A stretch of DNA of 59,552 nt, counting the filler, from Blastocystis sp. subtype 4 (lineage: Eukaryota), in NCBI RefSeq assembly GCF_000743755.1. It is 2 parts of 2 records of this genome, joined end to end, with 100 filler letters (N's around TTAATTAATTAA, not from the genome) between each part and the next. Parts side by side here need not be neighbours in the genome. Positions count along the whole stretch, not along the records: positions 1 to 29,745 come from NW_014569425.1; 1 more part is not named here. One strand, written 5' to 3'. Below, one piece after another: positions 13,091-27,077 of this stretch. Every line of letters starts with the position of its first letter. Position 1 is the stretch's first letter. A model generated the notes under the pieces. The model had not been told where the DNA came from, did not search any database, and saw only the letters and a program-made list of their open reading frames with translations. A program made the translations under genes and the position numbers.

Positions 13091-13989
13091 ATGAAGATCC
13101 TTGTAGCTGTGAAGCGAGGTACACCCATAAAGGGTGAATGAATAATAGTGGTGGATCATGCTGTGAAGGTGCGTGTTAATCCAGCAACACAGCGGATTCA
13201 ATTGAACAATGCAAAGATGGAGCTCAATCCGTTTTGTGAAATTGCATTGGAGCAGGCAATTCGCTTAAAAGAAATGAAATTCGCAAATGAAGTAGATTAT
13301 TATAAAGCTATTGATATGTAGATTGTTGCAGTATCGATTGGAACGAAAGCAACTCAGGAACAACTCCGGTATTGTATGGCTTTAGGTGCAGATCGGAGTT
13401 TGGATGATTATTTGCATTCACTTGAAGGTATTCTCGTCGAGTCAAAGACTGTTGGAGATGTTGATCTCTCTCCGCTTCAAGTTGCAAAGGCTCTCAAAGG
13501 AGTTGTTGAGTCTGTATCATCTCATTCACGGATTTATCATAGGAACAACCCGATTTAGTGCTGATGGGCAAACAGAGTATTGATGGAGATAATAGTCAAA
13601 CTGGACCGATGCTTGCTGGCTTGCTGGACTGGTCTGAGGCATCCTACATTTCATCTCTTTCAATAATGAATCCTGATGTGTTGAAAGTGGAGGAAGAAAC
13701 GGAAACAGGACGGAGGACTCTTGAAGTTCACCTTCCAGCTGTCATAACGACAGATTTGCGCTTAAATACACCGCGATATCCCAAGTTACCCGACATTGTC
13801 AAGGCGAAGAAGAAGCCGATGAAGGTAATTCCTCTAACAGTTCAGGAGGAACGAGTGAAGTGAATTCATGGAGGGTATTTTAGGTTTAGAATCGTACGAT
13901 TAGAAGAACCAGAAGTACGGAAAGCAGGGATTTTGTGTAAAGATGTGAACGAGCTGCTTAGTCAATTAAGAGGAAAAGGAATACTTTAG
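13091..13989 (+). CDS. ETFB: Electron transfer flavoprotein beta subunit
   Basis: MKILVAVKRVVDHAVKVRV, NPFCEIALEQAIRLKE, MALGADR, GKQSIDGDNSQTGPMLAGLL, LPAVITTDLRLNTPRY. Confidence 0.95.
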
Positions 13990-14035
13990 GATCGAGTCTC
14001 TGTTTGTTCAAAGGAATTGTCATTAGTGAGATAAT

Positions 14036-15247
14036 ATGAGTGAACCTGCCTCAAAAAGACCTAAGGGTCTGAAATGAACCAGAATTTCACCTGTAGACAA
14101 TGCGTTCTACCAACAGCGATTGAAGTACTGGCAACCTCTCTTCACGCCAAAGAATGTCATTATCTGCTTCGCTCTAATTGGTGTCATCTTTGTTATTATC
14201 GGAATACCAATCTTGAATGCTACTAATGATGTATTAGGATTTGGTTGAATCTAATATGCAGATTGTGGAATATAAAATCGTTTATGATGGAAAGAATGCA
14301 GAAACAGAGGCCTGTCGAATCCATCAGAACAATGAGGGTCGTGAATGTACAGTACCAATTCACTCCTCCTTCATATTTATAGGTTACCTTTATAATCGAC
14401 AAGGATATGAAAGCTCCTATTCATGTATATTATGAACTAAAAGGATTCTATCAAGTACATTAAATTGTAGGAGTGAACTCTAGAACCACCGCTTGTATGT
14501 ATCAAGTCGTGATGATTCGCAGTTGCTTGGAAAGGAAGTGGACTTAGATACGCTAAAGACGAATTGTGGAAATAAAACAATGGATGGTGACAAGATTCTC
14601 AATCCCTGTGGTTCGATTGCTAACTCTCTCTTTAACGATGTATTTACGCTTATTCCTCCTTCTTTCAACGAATTACTTCGTTTAGATGAGCATGGAATTG
14701 CTTGGAAGTATGATCTTCAAAAGTTCAAGAATCCCAAATCGTATGGCGATCCCAAATACAAATGGCTGTATTGGTTCTGGTGACATAATAAAATAGATAT
14801 GAGAGCTATCCTAATGTGATTCCAAAGGATAAATCTGATGATCCTTATTCTGCTTCGTATAATGGTGGTGGAGTAGAAAACGAGCATTTCATTGTGTGGA
14901 TGCGAGCTGCTGCTCTCCCTCGTTTCCGAAAACTATATGGTAGAATTAATGAGGATATTCCTGCAGGAACCCGCTTATCCTTCCATATCAATGCAAGTAT
15001 CCTAAAATAGTCTCTTTCAGAATAGATTTCTATGTAACGGATGTCGAAAAGGCATTAGTATTGACAACCACAAATTGGTTAGGAGGGAAGAATTATTTCT
15101 TAGGCTGGTCCTATATTGGTGTAGGGATTTTCTGTATTCTCTTTGCTATCGCATTTGTTATCAAGCAGATGACTTGTCCTCGGTAGGAGAAGAAGATAGT
15201 TGTCATATATAGGAAACTCGGAGATATCAAGTATTTGAAAATGGATT
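14036..15247 (+). CDS. CDC50: CDC50/LEM3 flippase beta subunit
   Basis: [72 protein letters not shown]. Confidence 0.93.
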
Positions 15248-15298
15248 ATGATGTTTGTTTGAAAGTGTGATGAGCATCAGGATTATCACAAACAATTG

Positions 15299-16905
15299 TC
15301 ACTCTTCTGACACAAGGCCTTGAGCAGAATAAAAGGTTGAAATAGCCATAAATACGATATTAAAACCTACAACGAAGAAATGTAGGAAAACAGAGATCTT
15401 GGTCAATGATGTCTTGTAACAGTAATAATGGAGAAGAGGAGGGAAAATCACCGAAATCGCCGTCATTACTAATCCACCCACTACAATCAAGGGTCTAGAC
15501 AATGTAAAGTAGAAGGATATCTAAAGAGATGATCTTCTCAAAGTAAGGAAAGAAGTAGGCAACTAACGAAATGCAAACCGTTTGAATTACACGAACCAAG
15601 AACCGTTTCGTATCCGTGACAAACATGCACTTTTCGGTCTTATTTTTAACTATCGATAATGTCATCCCCTTAACATCACAATTGCCTTCAATAATTTCAT
15701 TCAATGGTGGTGTGATGATTGGGTAGGTGAATAGACAACTCACAAACATACAGAGGTTGATGACCGTAGAGGCCACTTGTCCTGTAGGAATACTCACCAA
15801 CACATTCTGTGCCATTCCTTCAGGAGATCCGCGATACGAAAAGTAAGCAGCCATTGGCATCGCCACTAAGAATACGGTAACTCCACAAATACTCAAAATA
15901 TTAGTCTTTCCGTATTTCTCCTTCAGAGAAGGTTTTAGTGCAGTCTTCAAGAATAGATTATCAGCATACCTACATAGAAGGACAAGAAGGAGAAGTTGTA
16001 ACCCAGCGAAAATGCAGGAACTCCCATGGACGAGAATAAAGCTGACCAAGAAGGTGGCATCAACACAGATGAGTCAATGTGAACGCCAATGGTGGTATAC
16101 CCATAGATGAGGAGAATAACAAACGAGAAAATGAGAGCAAAAATACTGAATGAAGAAACGAAGACGAGAGGTCTGAGAATTAGAATGAGTAAAAAGATGA
16201 ACTTCAGCGAACTCATTAGGACTAGAATGAGTGCTAGAACCGATGAGATAATATGGAAGACAACTTTCTGATTTTCAGCTCCCCCAAAGAGGGTCTCAGG
16301 CCAAGGGAGATGGGTAATGAAATCAACGACACTGATCTACTCATGAATACGATCAGATTTAACCACAAGAACACTAATCAAAACACCCCAAAGAGCAATC
16401 AAGTAAAGAACCAGAAAGATGCGATTTCCAGTATCACCAAATACATAGTAGATAATTGAAGAATAGTCGCTGTCGATCTTTTTTGCAATATATTTGGACT
16501 TCTATCGTTCAATCCCTTCAATAACACAAACATGGGTTTTCTTGTATTTCATCACATCCACTAACATAAATGAACACCATATGTTCATGGCTGCGATAAC
16601 TGCAAAGAGGATCACCGTCATCACAATACCCATCTACTTGTCATTGTTTATAGGAGATTTAACATTGCTAATGGCGTATGGAATAGCCAATACGCCAGGA
16701 CCTGTAGTACTTTTGATTAAGGCAATAGAGAACTACTATAAATCGTTTCCTAGATTCCTACTTGAGAAAGAGAAAGATAGGAGGATTCATCAACCGGTTG
16801 AGATTCACTAGGTTTAGATGTCTCCTTCACCTCCACAACATTGGAATCCTTTGTTGCTTCGTGAGAGTCGTTAGTCTTGGAGATTTCACCTTTGGTCTCC
16901 TGCAT
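15299..16905 (-). CDS. Amino acid transporter (AAAP / SLC36-SLC38-like)
   Basis: LIKSTTGPGVLAIPYA, many TM segments, CLFTYPIITPP, PYFEKIISLVGG, VIFPPLLHY. Confidence 0.85.
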
Positions 16906-16993
16906 TTCTCAAATCTGTGCCATCTGTTTCCACATTTTGAACAAACAGACAAGCGTATGGTATCGATACATTAAAATAAACCCCATTCTGACC

Positions 16994-18390
16994 TTACTCC
17001 CTCTTAGGAGAAGGACGAGATCTTTGATTTCCACGATACGCAGGTCTGGGTTTCTTCACTTCAACGACCAGAGTATCATCACCAAGACAGAAGGGTCTTT
17101 CTTGAGCCTTCTCCACAACCCTTGCAGCAGCAGTTTCTTCAGCAAAGTCTACAAAAGCACAGTGATTCACTTCCACCACCTTCACATCCACAATAGTTCC
17201 CTCATACTATCGCTCAACATCCTTTCCAACTCCTACCTTGAAGAGTTGCAGTAATGCCTCCTCATTCACCGAATCACTACGGAAGTGGACACGTACCGTA
17301 CTTCCACATGTTGTGCTCTTCTTCGTAAAGCGCGACTTCACCACTACAAAACCCTCCTCCTTCTCTTCTGCCTTTTTCTCCTCTGCCTTCCGCTCTGCAA
17401 AGTGGCGATTTGGCGCTCTACGGCTATGTGGGAACAAGTTGCTGTAGTTGCGGTTCTTTCTCTCCTCAGGCTTCTTCGCCAGTACAGGCTTCGCAGGGGC
17501 AGCCTCCTCCTTCTTCACCACTCGCTTCTCTACAGGCTTCTCCACGGGCTTTTCTACAGGCTTCTCTACAAGCTTTTCCACAGGCTTTTCCACAGGCTTC
17601 TCCGTCTTTAAAATCTCTGCCACCAGTTCTTGCTCCGTCGTAGGAACAGGTTGCTGAGCAGTAGGCTCTGTGGCGAATGAAGGAATAAACACAGGCACCT
17701 CTGGCTTCTTCTCAACCTCCTCAACAGCCACTTTCTCAACCTCCTTCTCGGCTTCTTGTACCGGCTCTGGCTTCACAGGCTCCTCCACAGGCTTTGCAGG
17801 TGCTTCCACAGGCTTTGCAGGTACCTCTACAGGTGCCTCCACAGGCACTTCCTCCACAATCTCCTCCACAATCTCCTGTGTCACCTCAGGGACCTCCATC
17901 AGATGCAGCATATCATACTTGATCACGTAGAAGTCACCACGTGGACCGGTCTTCTTGTTAAGCAAGAACATCTGAGAGAAGTTTCTCTCCCTTTCGTTGC
18001 AAAGATAGACCTGGCCACTGACCAAGATGACCATACCTCCTAGGAATTACTGATTAGGATTGCATCTACCGTTCTCAGCAGGTAGAACACTCACATGACC
18101 ATGATCAAGGTTCACAGAACAGTTCTTCATGTTGCACTGCTCATAAAGAGTAGGGAGTTGATCAACCGCTGTAATAACCTTTGATTGCTAGCAAAATCAC
18201 TTCCATCCAAATGTACAAACGTGCTGATTCTTGGTAAAAGAAATGACGCTCTCTTTGTCATAGAAATGAGCCATGTTCTGAAAGTTGTTATGGAGAGTCG
18301 TGTAATACTCCGAGATGAAGAACTTAGAGACAATGTCAGTCGTCTGCATACTAATCTACCCAAAGAGGTTAGATAAACCAGTATAACCAT
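16994..18390 (-). CDS. G3BP/Bre5-like NTF2 + RRM protein
   Basis: NTF2-like IVSKFFISEYYTTLHNNFQNMAHFY...NFSQMFLL...YVIKYDML, an acidic Pro-rich linker, and RRM CAFVDFAEETAA...LVVEVKKPR. Confidence 0.82.
17525..17605 (-). repeat. 12-nt coding tandem repeat (EKPV)n
   Basis: KPVEKPVEKLVEKPVEKPVEKPVEKRV. The plus strand shows acaggcttttcc-type units. Confidence 0.8.
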
Positions 18391-18639
18391 AAACTATCAA
18401 TTCATGCTTCAAAACATGCTAGACAGTACTGCCCAATCACCTACAGAAATCTAGATGGATAGAGCAAAATAGGGAAAGGTTTTCTAGGTTCTATATTCTG
18501 GTTCTTTTTGTCACCGCGGGAATTTGGTATTTCCGCTTCTCTGTTACTGGTGATTTGAGAAGACAACTGTATAATACGACTCATAGGAGTGATGATCGAG
18601 TCACAAATCTCAGTTCTTTGAACAACATTCATTCTCACA

Positions 18640-19368
18640 ATGGATTCAGATGGACTAAAATCAATTCCACTAGGACAGTTGATGGAAATGCGCAAAAATG
18701 GGCAGGAGCTTCGAGGAGTGAAACTAGAGTCTCGTAGTATTAAGAGGAATAGATAAGTTCAAGATAATGAAAAGACTAAGAAGCCTAAACGAGCAAATAA
18801 GAACGCGCCTCAAGAACTCTCCTCGAAACAAAGACCTAAGAACAAGCGTCACACAGTAGAAAAGCGAGAAGTGCGAGGTATGTGAAGAAAGGTATGATTA
18901 GGGATAGATCCTCGTTTTGATGGTCTTTCAGGAAAGTTCAACTATGATTTGTATCGCAAATCCTACAGATTTATCGAGGAAAAGCAAGAAGAAGAAATCA
19001 AGGAGTTGAAACAGTCCATGTTCAATGAAACAAACGACTCCAAGAAGAAACGAATTCAGGTTAAGTCTGTTCATCGCGCTAACTTCTAGGCAGAAATGAC
19101 TCGTGTTATGCAACAGAAGGTGACTCGAGATCGTAACGATCGACGTGTGGAACGCAAGCGGGAGTTTATGAAACAAGAACGGGAAGCAGTGAGTAAGGGA
19201 AAGAAGCCATTCTTCTTGAAGAAACGCGAATTGCGTGAAGCTGAGTTAAAGGATCGATTCGAAGCATTAAATAAGCGTGGCAAGTTGAATAAGTATATGG
19301 AAAAGAAGCGGAGGAGAAATGCAAAGAGAGATGAAGCTAACATGCCTGTGTTTCGAGAACGTGAGTAA
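18640..19368 (+). CDS. RRP36: rRNA biogenesis protein RRP36
   Basis: RANKNAPQELSSK, DPRFDGLSG...YRKSYRFI, GKKPFFLKKRE...KYMEKKRRRNAKRD. Confidence 0.9.
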
Positions 19369-19384
19369 CATCACAACAAACAGT

Positions 19385-20612
19385 CTATTTATTCTTCTTA
19401 TCCTCATCCTTGTTTTCCTTTGGAAGCACAAGATTCATTACACCACTAGAAATCTATTCACAGAACTATTCCTACTAAACCCACACAACAAGCATAATCA
19501 ATGAAACAATTCCGGCAACAACAAGACCATTAGACAGGTTGTCAAGCATCATCTTACGTCCATAGTGGTAAAGGAGACCCATCAATACAACTCCAAGAAT
19601 CAAAACTATCGGAACCATATCCTTGTTCATTGGAATCGACCATAAGGCAACAACAACATAAATCCCAATTACCCTACACTCTAATCCTATCTAGACCCAC
19701 TACCAGTACTGGTACTTGCATATCAAAGGTCCGATGATACTAATGATATGTGGAACTCGATGCATGTGTTGAAGCGAGAAATGATAATAGTTGAGGGCTA
19801 CACGAAGGCAGAACGACAATACTGCAACGAGAAAGACCCCTCCGAATACGATGTAAAGGATCGCATACAAGAGTCCTTCCAATATCACTTGCATTCCAGG
19901 AAGATTTCTAAGTGAAAGGTGAAGAGTAGATATACTCAAAAGCAATTGGAACATACGTAATAAGGGATGCAGACTGCACAAAGAAAGCAATCACAGAGAG
20001 ACCGAAGAAGAAAGCCTCATTTCGAACAATTCTAGGGGAAAGGAATTAGAACCAAATCTACCTCCAGTCATAAAGAGTTGTAACCAGAAAAATGAACATC
20101 AACACAATATTACAGTAACAGAACGCTATCCATAATAGATTATTACGAATAATACAGCGATATGTTTGTGCATCAATGTGAATGCTAAGATCCTGCGCCC
20201 TATTCTCAATGAGGTAACATTGAGAAAAGAACATGCGAACATTGGCACCATAGGATGAACCATCGCCAACTTGTCTAGATATAAGAGTGTTTTATAAATC
20301 CAACTCTAGTCGATCGGAAACTCTCTTGCTGCGCAGGAATGAAACAATAATAGTTTTCTTCGAGTACAGCTCGAACTGTGGATTCGACGAGGAGATGTGC
20401 AAATACCGTTTGTTCCAAAGATCGAGAAGAGATGAACTATTGTTGATGCATAACTCCTTCTTTTCTCCTGCAGGTATCTAGGTATCAAAAACACAATGAA
20501 GTGAAACATCAATGCTTAAGGAGGTCTCTTGGAAGTCATGATTGTACGAATAGAGAACACTCCAAACAAATAAAAGAAAAATTAGAGGAGTTACAACAGA
20601 CGTACACTTCAT
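19385..20612 (-). CDS. Signal peptide plus multi-pass membrane protein (NEMP/TMEM194-like architecture possible)
   Basis: MKCTSVVTPLIFLLFVWSVLYS leader, then a soluble domain, then several hydrophobic helices. The family call is weak. Confidence 0.5.
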
Positions 20613-20652
20613 AACGAGAAGATGGCCAATATTTTCCCTTCTCTGCGATAGG

Positions 20653-22315
20653 ATGCGATCGCTCTGTTGGTTATTCCTTCTTGTTTTGATTTTTGCCTAT
20701 GAAAAAATCTGTATCTTCTCCGATAATGATTCCATCATTGATGTAAAGCGCGATTCCGTTAATGACCTAATTCGAGTAACATCAACGACAAAGATTGGAG
20801 AGAAGACAAAACTCTTTGGATATACAAATGTGACGCTTCCTGAGGGACTCCAGATGATTGAATTTATTCTCACAGATGAAAAGAAGAATATTGGTCGTTA
20901 TTCCTATGAGGCTCCTTTCGTGGGTCTGTATTTGTCATTGCAGTATGATCGTCGTCGTCCTTTGACAGGATTGTGTGATTTCTTCACACAGATCCTTCCT
21001 TGTTTCAATGTAAAACAGTGCAATACAAATGGTAGAAATGCATCTTATCCTTCATTGTAGTAAGTGATTCAGTCTATGATATTGACCTTGACGATGCAGT
21101 TTGGACGCCTTTAGATTTGGTTCCTTATTCGGTTGTTACTCCTCTCGTTATGAGTAGAGTTTGTTGTTTAGGATGATAAATAGCTGATGAAGAATGGGTT
21201 CGAGTTGCCCGTATCATTGTTCCCTGGGAACGCCTTCATGTGAAGAATTATCTCTCTGGAGGTTGTCCTGCATCTATTTACAATGATATTGGTATCTTCC
21301 AAATGTAAAAATAAGAATTGAGTTCAATCTAAGGAAATCCACTTGGTTCCCTCATACCGTCAATGCGGACCTTCGCTTTGTTCAAATTACTTTAACAACT
21401 GGTCGGAATAATGCTATTTCGCTTTTTGATAGTTTCAATGTGGGTTCCCAGATCTTGGTCAAACTTAGTTCGAAGGTCCTCTTACTATCTACAACACCAG
21501 TTCCATTGATATTCATCAGAGCGAAGTGGATCTCATCATTTATGAGATCGGCGAGAAAGGGAAGATCACACGTACTACGGCCTCTGGCAGAAAGGTTCTC
21601 TACCCTGAGCGTGAATAGTCAATGTATTTCTCTCTCTTCATCAGTAGTCCTTTCTGGTCAGGAAGTATCGATCTCTCTCTCTCTTCCTCTGATCAGCTCA
21701 CCGTGACTGGTACACTATCAGCTCAAGATGGTACGTATAATCCTCACTACCCCATCTACGACAGTCGTACTGGTGTGGTCCTCTATCTCCCTCGTGGTGT
21801 TTATGTGGAGCTGGCCGAGCTTGCCTTGATGTATCAGAGTGGCAAGATCCCCGCATATATTGCTTATGAGGCCTTTGTCGATACTGACGCTGTCTACGAA
21901 CAGGCAGGCTCACAGCTGCTGGTGCTGATTGCTGAAGCTTCTATCTATCCGCTGTACTCTCTGTGTGGTATATTGATCATAGACCGCCTCAGCTCGATGT
22001 GAACTTCACGCTACCGCTGCATCGACGTGCTACATATGCGAAGGGACCTATGAATGTGACTATTCCTGTACCTGCTGCTTTCGTTCAAACTCCAGTTCGA
22101 GATACGCTCCTAGTAACCATGAGAGAAGTGACTGATGTCTAGTTGAATACAAATCCAGTCTGGTGGCAGTCGGTTGTTACAGATGGAGAGGTACTGAATG
22201 TGGAACTTCCCATTCTTGATGATCGAAAGCGGAAATGGTCTGATCGAGTGTGTATAGGGATGATTATCGCTTGCTGTTGCATTCTTATAGGGGAACTCAT
22301 TCGAATTCTTATCTA
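20653..22315 (+). CDS. Type I membrane protein with C-terminal PIG-X/PBN1-like domain
   Basis: Signal peptide. VVLYLPRGVYVELAEL resembles PIG-X IPAGLYVDPYEL, and FTLPLHRR resembles LPVHCRY. C-terminal TM. May be one or two genes. Confidence 0.6.
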
Positions 22316-22339
22316 TTCAGGTTTGTTGATACAAACAAT

Positions 22340-24183
22340 TCACCTAGTTATCCATATAGTCACTAAAATCATAAACAGAATAGAAATAACCCAAAAGATC
22401 AGATAGGAATACTTAAAATGCAATTCCTATGGATCAAGATTCACCATCCAAACAAACGGGAAAATAATCAAAATTCATTCCATAAATTGCTGTAATGGTT
22501 TGTAGAGGTAGGAAAACCGATTGAAAAGAAGTTACAATATAAAAGAAGGTGGCACTTCTTCAATTCAAAACATTCAATCAATGAAACCGTTTCTTATTCA
22601 TTACTTCGTATTTGTCACTCAGATTGTGAAATCGTTTTACTCCTTCATTTGCGTACCATTTCACCTATTCATTAATTGATCTTTCCAATTCAACAGCAGC
22701 TAGATGATCCTGAATATCCCGAATACTGTAATTCAGTTCTGATCGCCGAATATCGTTGAAGTAAGAATCTGTAAGATTATCTACTAGATCACGGATTGTC
22801 GAAATGGCAGTTGTTAGTTTGTCACTCTACTCATGAACATGTCAGTTGAAACGAACAATTCGAATAATCTTCTTGAGAATACTGTAGTAGTCACTAACAT
22901 TGTGAATGGAATACTGTTTTAGCCAATCGATACTAAAATAGCGTCCATTTTTGTCATTCAACACAATCTGATCTTCTACTTGATTGAGATACCGAAGAAT
23001 GTGAAGAACAATGTCGACGATATGGTCCACCTCATTAAAATCACTCCAAGAACCTACATGCAAATCGAAGAGATAAAACAGAACAGCCACGTTTGAATGA
23101 TAACGAAAGTGGAATCGGCGAATAGTAGAAATAACAGAAACCATATTCAATGGTAATGTGATGTCATCCTTCAATGAACCAATTGTCTCTTTCTGAGTCT
23201 GTTCCTGAATAGAAATGACTATGTAATGAATTATTTATAATATTACTGATATTGTTCTTTGTGAAGAGTAAAACATGGAGAATGGATCGTTTTAGAAGAG
23301 TTCTGTCGAGAAAAATCCACGGAAGTGTGAGGTGTACATATGAATCAAAAGAGGTGGTTTCAATCGATGTGTTTTCAGGAACGATATCAAGAATCGTATC
23401 TAGATCCAGGTTCATTACTGCTCCTAACAACTGGACTAACTCCTCATTCCATCCCTCGAAGTGGAGAAATTGGAAACTGGATGCATAGTCACTCTTATGA
23501 GAGGGAGTCAACAAGGAACGACACAGCTCTTGCATTACATTCCGGTAATCCTAAAGAAGAGTCTAGTATCACTCATACGGTCGTTGTTATTAGGCGAATT
23601 GCATTCGAAGTATCATAATGGAGATAATAACAGTGAATATCATGAGATGGAGTGGGTTTGGATGAAGCAAGAAGAGCATTAATACGACATGTACGAAATA
23701 ATACTCGAAATTGCTCTCTCGATACAGGAATCTTCTGATTATCCAAGTCTGACCATAATAGGTCTGCAATCTCCGATAGATTGAATTGCTATTCATTAAT
23801 ATATACAATGAACCACTACGCCAATCCCCTTACGATAGTACCCTTCGTCCAGGGATCCATTGACATAATTTATCACCTTATCATAGATCTATATCAAACT
23901 AATATCCAATTGATACATGATCCACTTCAACTCCAGATACATCGATGTTTTTGTTCAGATCAGCTATTTCTTCCAACTCCTGCCTTTGGTGGGCATCTTG
24001 AGTTGCATCTTCACGCATATAATCCACCAGATGGTGTTTCTTCCATTTCATCTATTGTCATCACTACCATGAATAGTTCACAGTCTTTTGACGCGAGGCT
24101 CCCCATTTATACACCTCTTGTGTATGAAGTGCCAATAGTTCCAAGCGGTCTACTTTAGGAAAGAGAGAAGTGGTTTGATCCAT
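22340..24183 (-). CDS. CorA-family Mg2+ transporter; start uncertain
   Basis: C-terminal FQSVFLPLQTITAIYGMNFDYFP-(intron)-ELHFKYSYLIFW contains the GMN signature followed by TM2. Confidence 0.8.
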
Positions 24184-24353
24184 TTCCGATGTCTCCACGT
24201 CTGAAAATGACTAAGAAAGAATATCTCTATGTTTTGAAACAGAAATCAAAACGAGGTAATTAACTAAAGGGATAGGTTACAATCATAAAACCGTATTTCA
24301 AATCCTTCATTCCTGTGGAGTTTGCCTAACTCAGTATTACCATGCTCAGAACA

Positions 24354-25818
24354 ATGGATACGGCAGGAGCTCTGTTCAATAGTCGCTTTGATAAGTGATT
24401 ATGTTGGAGTTGGATTGATATTTAGTAAGGAGCTTCGAAATGAACTATTGAACAAAAAAGAGGAGAGAGAGAACAAGGTTATTGGAAAGGTGAAACGATA
24501 TCGTCCTGGTGTTGTAGGAATAATTGACTACTTATAAAAATAAGGTTCCCGACTTTGCAAAGAAGAAGGACGAACTAGAGGCCTCACAAAAAGAGAAGGA
24601 TAAAAGGATTGTAATTGACAAGAAAAGAGTAATTATCGCCTTCTGACGTAATAATTAGGATTCTCGATTAGAGCGATTGCATGCAGCTCAGAATATGATT
24701 AAACGTAACGTGCAGGAAGAGGAAGTTGGACTAAAGGAGGAAGAATTGCTTATGAGAGGAGAATCGGTTGTGGCATCACCCAAGTCGGAATTGTTAACAA
24801 TAGATATGGATAAAGAAGAGACAATGACGGAAGAACAAGAGGCCCAACGACGTCGCTTGCTTCTCTCTCGTGCTTTAGATGATGAGAAGGAAGAGTTGGA
24901 GACAATGGACGAATCGGAAGAACAGCCAATACAGGAAGAGAGTGAAGCTGACGATGAATATAAATCCAGTGATTCAGAAGATGAGGGTACTTTATTTGCA
25001 CTACGACATCGTCCTACATTTATTTCCAAAGTGAATTAGTCTCTTGTGGTTAATGTGTAGGCAAATCGTAAAACCATCGAAGATCCCGAAGAAAAGCTTC
25101 GAAAAGAACGTGAATTGGAGGAATTGGAAGAACTAAAATATAAACAACGGGTCCGCGAGACACAGAAGATGATTGAGGAGGTAAAAGTGAAGGAAATTGA
25201 GGAGGAAGAAAATCGTGGGAAGAAGAAAGATCCTCGCACAGAAGAGGAAATTCCTGATGACACAGACGATCTTAACAATCCTGACGAGAAAGAGGCCTGG
25301 CGATGGAGGGAGTTCTATCGGATTCTTCGAGAACGTCAGCGAGAAGAGCAGAGAAAGCAAGTGAGGGATATGGAGTGAAATCATTTCTAGGATGAAGAAG
25401 AGAAGAAGCGTCGTGGACGAATGACAGATGAAGAATTAGCGGCAGAAAATAAGCGTTTGGAAGAAGAAGGAGTCCGGAAGAAGAAACAAGAACATGTCCA
25501 GGGCACCTTCTTGCAGAAGTATTATCACAAAGGAGTCTTTTATTTGGATGATGAGAGTATTACTAGTCCGGATGATATTCGAAACCGTGATTTCCATGCT
25601 CCAACAGAACGTGATAAGGTGAACAAATTGGCGATGCCGAAGGTAATGCAGGTTCGAGATTTTGGAAAGCGATCTCAGAGCAAATGGACCTATCTGCGGA
25701 ATGAAGATACAACAAAAACGAAAGATTGGCTCAATGAGTTGCAGACAAAGTGAGAATCGGTTGAGAGAATAATGGGTAGAAATGCTGAGACCAAGTTTAA
25801 GCATGCAGGCAATAAGTG
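24354..25818 (+). CDS. MFAP1: Spliceosomal protein MFAP1 (Spp381)
   Basis: KVKRYRPG, RPTFISK, EAWRWREFYRI, FLQKYYHKGVFY, PKVMQVRDFGKRSQSKWTYLRNEDTT. Confidence 0.93.
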
Positions 25819-25852
25819 TGAGTGTTTGTTACATCAATCATCTTTTAAACAA

Positions 25853-26587
25853 ATGGATCTTGAAGTGCTAGAAAGTTTAAGGAAAGGGAATATCGTCGTC
25901 TTCTTGGATGTCAGTATCGGAGGAAGTCCTTCAGGACGAATTAAGCTCGAATTGTTCAAAAATAAATGTCCAAAGGTATATCACATTACGGGTGGTATAA
26001 TATTATAGACAGTAGAGAATTTCCGGTAGAGAGTTCGATGGTGGTGATCATGTGTAGACAATTTTGTACTGGAGAATATTCTGTGTCTAGACTTCCTATG
26101 GGATATAAAAAGACAAGGATCCACCGGTAGGCAATAGGTGTGTTGAAATAAATCAAAGTATCATCAAAGGGTTCATGATTCAAGGAGGAGACTTTATGAA
26201 AGTAAAAATGGACTTGGAGACTAATGGTGTAGGGAGATGGTACTGGAAGTCTCAGTATCTATGGAGATCATTTTGAAGACGAAAATTTCGATATCCGCTT
26301 TGATAGAGCCGGATTATTGGCAATGGTTCGGATAGACTGAGAAGTATGATGTCTAGGCAAATGCAGGGCCCAATACAAATGGCTGTCAAGTAGGAAGAAA
26401 GAAAGAAACTGAATCATAGTTCTTTATTACCTGTGCCCCAGCACCACATCTGAATGGAAAGCATGTTGCGTTTGGACGTGTGTTGGATTCCGATTCCCTT
26501 TTAATCGTTCATAAGATTGAACACCTCCCTTGCGAAAAAGACAAACCCATTTTAGATGTTATAGTAACCCAATGTGGTCAGCTTTAG
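25853..26587 (+). CDS. PPIH: Cyclophilin H-like peptidyl-prolyl isomerase
   Basis: [69 protein letters not shown]. Ends QCGQL*. Confidence 0.88.
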
Positions 26588-27077
26588 TTCGTTCTTGTTG
26601 TAAACAAATGATGTGTCAACAAACAGTAAAAATCTACTATAACCATTAGAATAGTTCAAGGCTGAGTATTTCAGTAGACTTTTCTCATTTAGACAAATGA
26701 TCTCAAACTTTCACCATCATGAATACTCAGAGAGTTTAAATTCAATCAAGGGATAATTCTTACCTTACTAATAACAATCCACTCGTTCATAAACAAAAAT
26801 GTGTTAAGAATTATTAATTATGGGGCAGAATTGATAATATGTATTCTATTCTAGTCCACTGAATTCTCTAGAAAAACATATTGTTTTGAAAAAAGAAGTT
26901 ATTGGATCATCGAATAGTCGTTTGTCATACATACTCCATGGTTAAACTAAAGACCCATTGACAGATTCGTGTCCTCTTAACTGAATCTATACTGTCTTCG
27001 CGCTTGATAGACATCTCTTCGTCGAATGGAGTACTTGAATCCTTCTTCTTCGTCTCCTCCACTCTCAATAATATACT

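Noticed and set aside
17238..18043. Several overlapping plus-strand ORFs with STGF/QASP repeats
   Set aside because: Antisense shadows of the low-complexity G3BP-like linker.
26600..27020. Possible small minus-strand gene ending at AACAAACA near 26618
   Set aside because: Could not assemble a convincing spliced frame or recognise a family.
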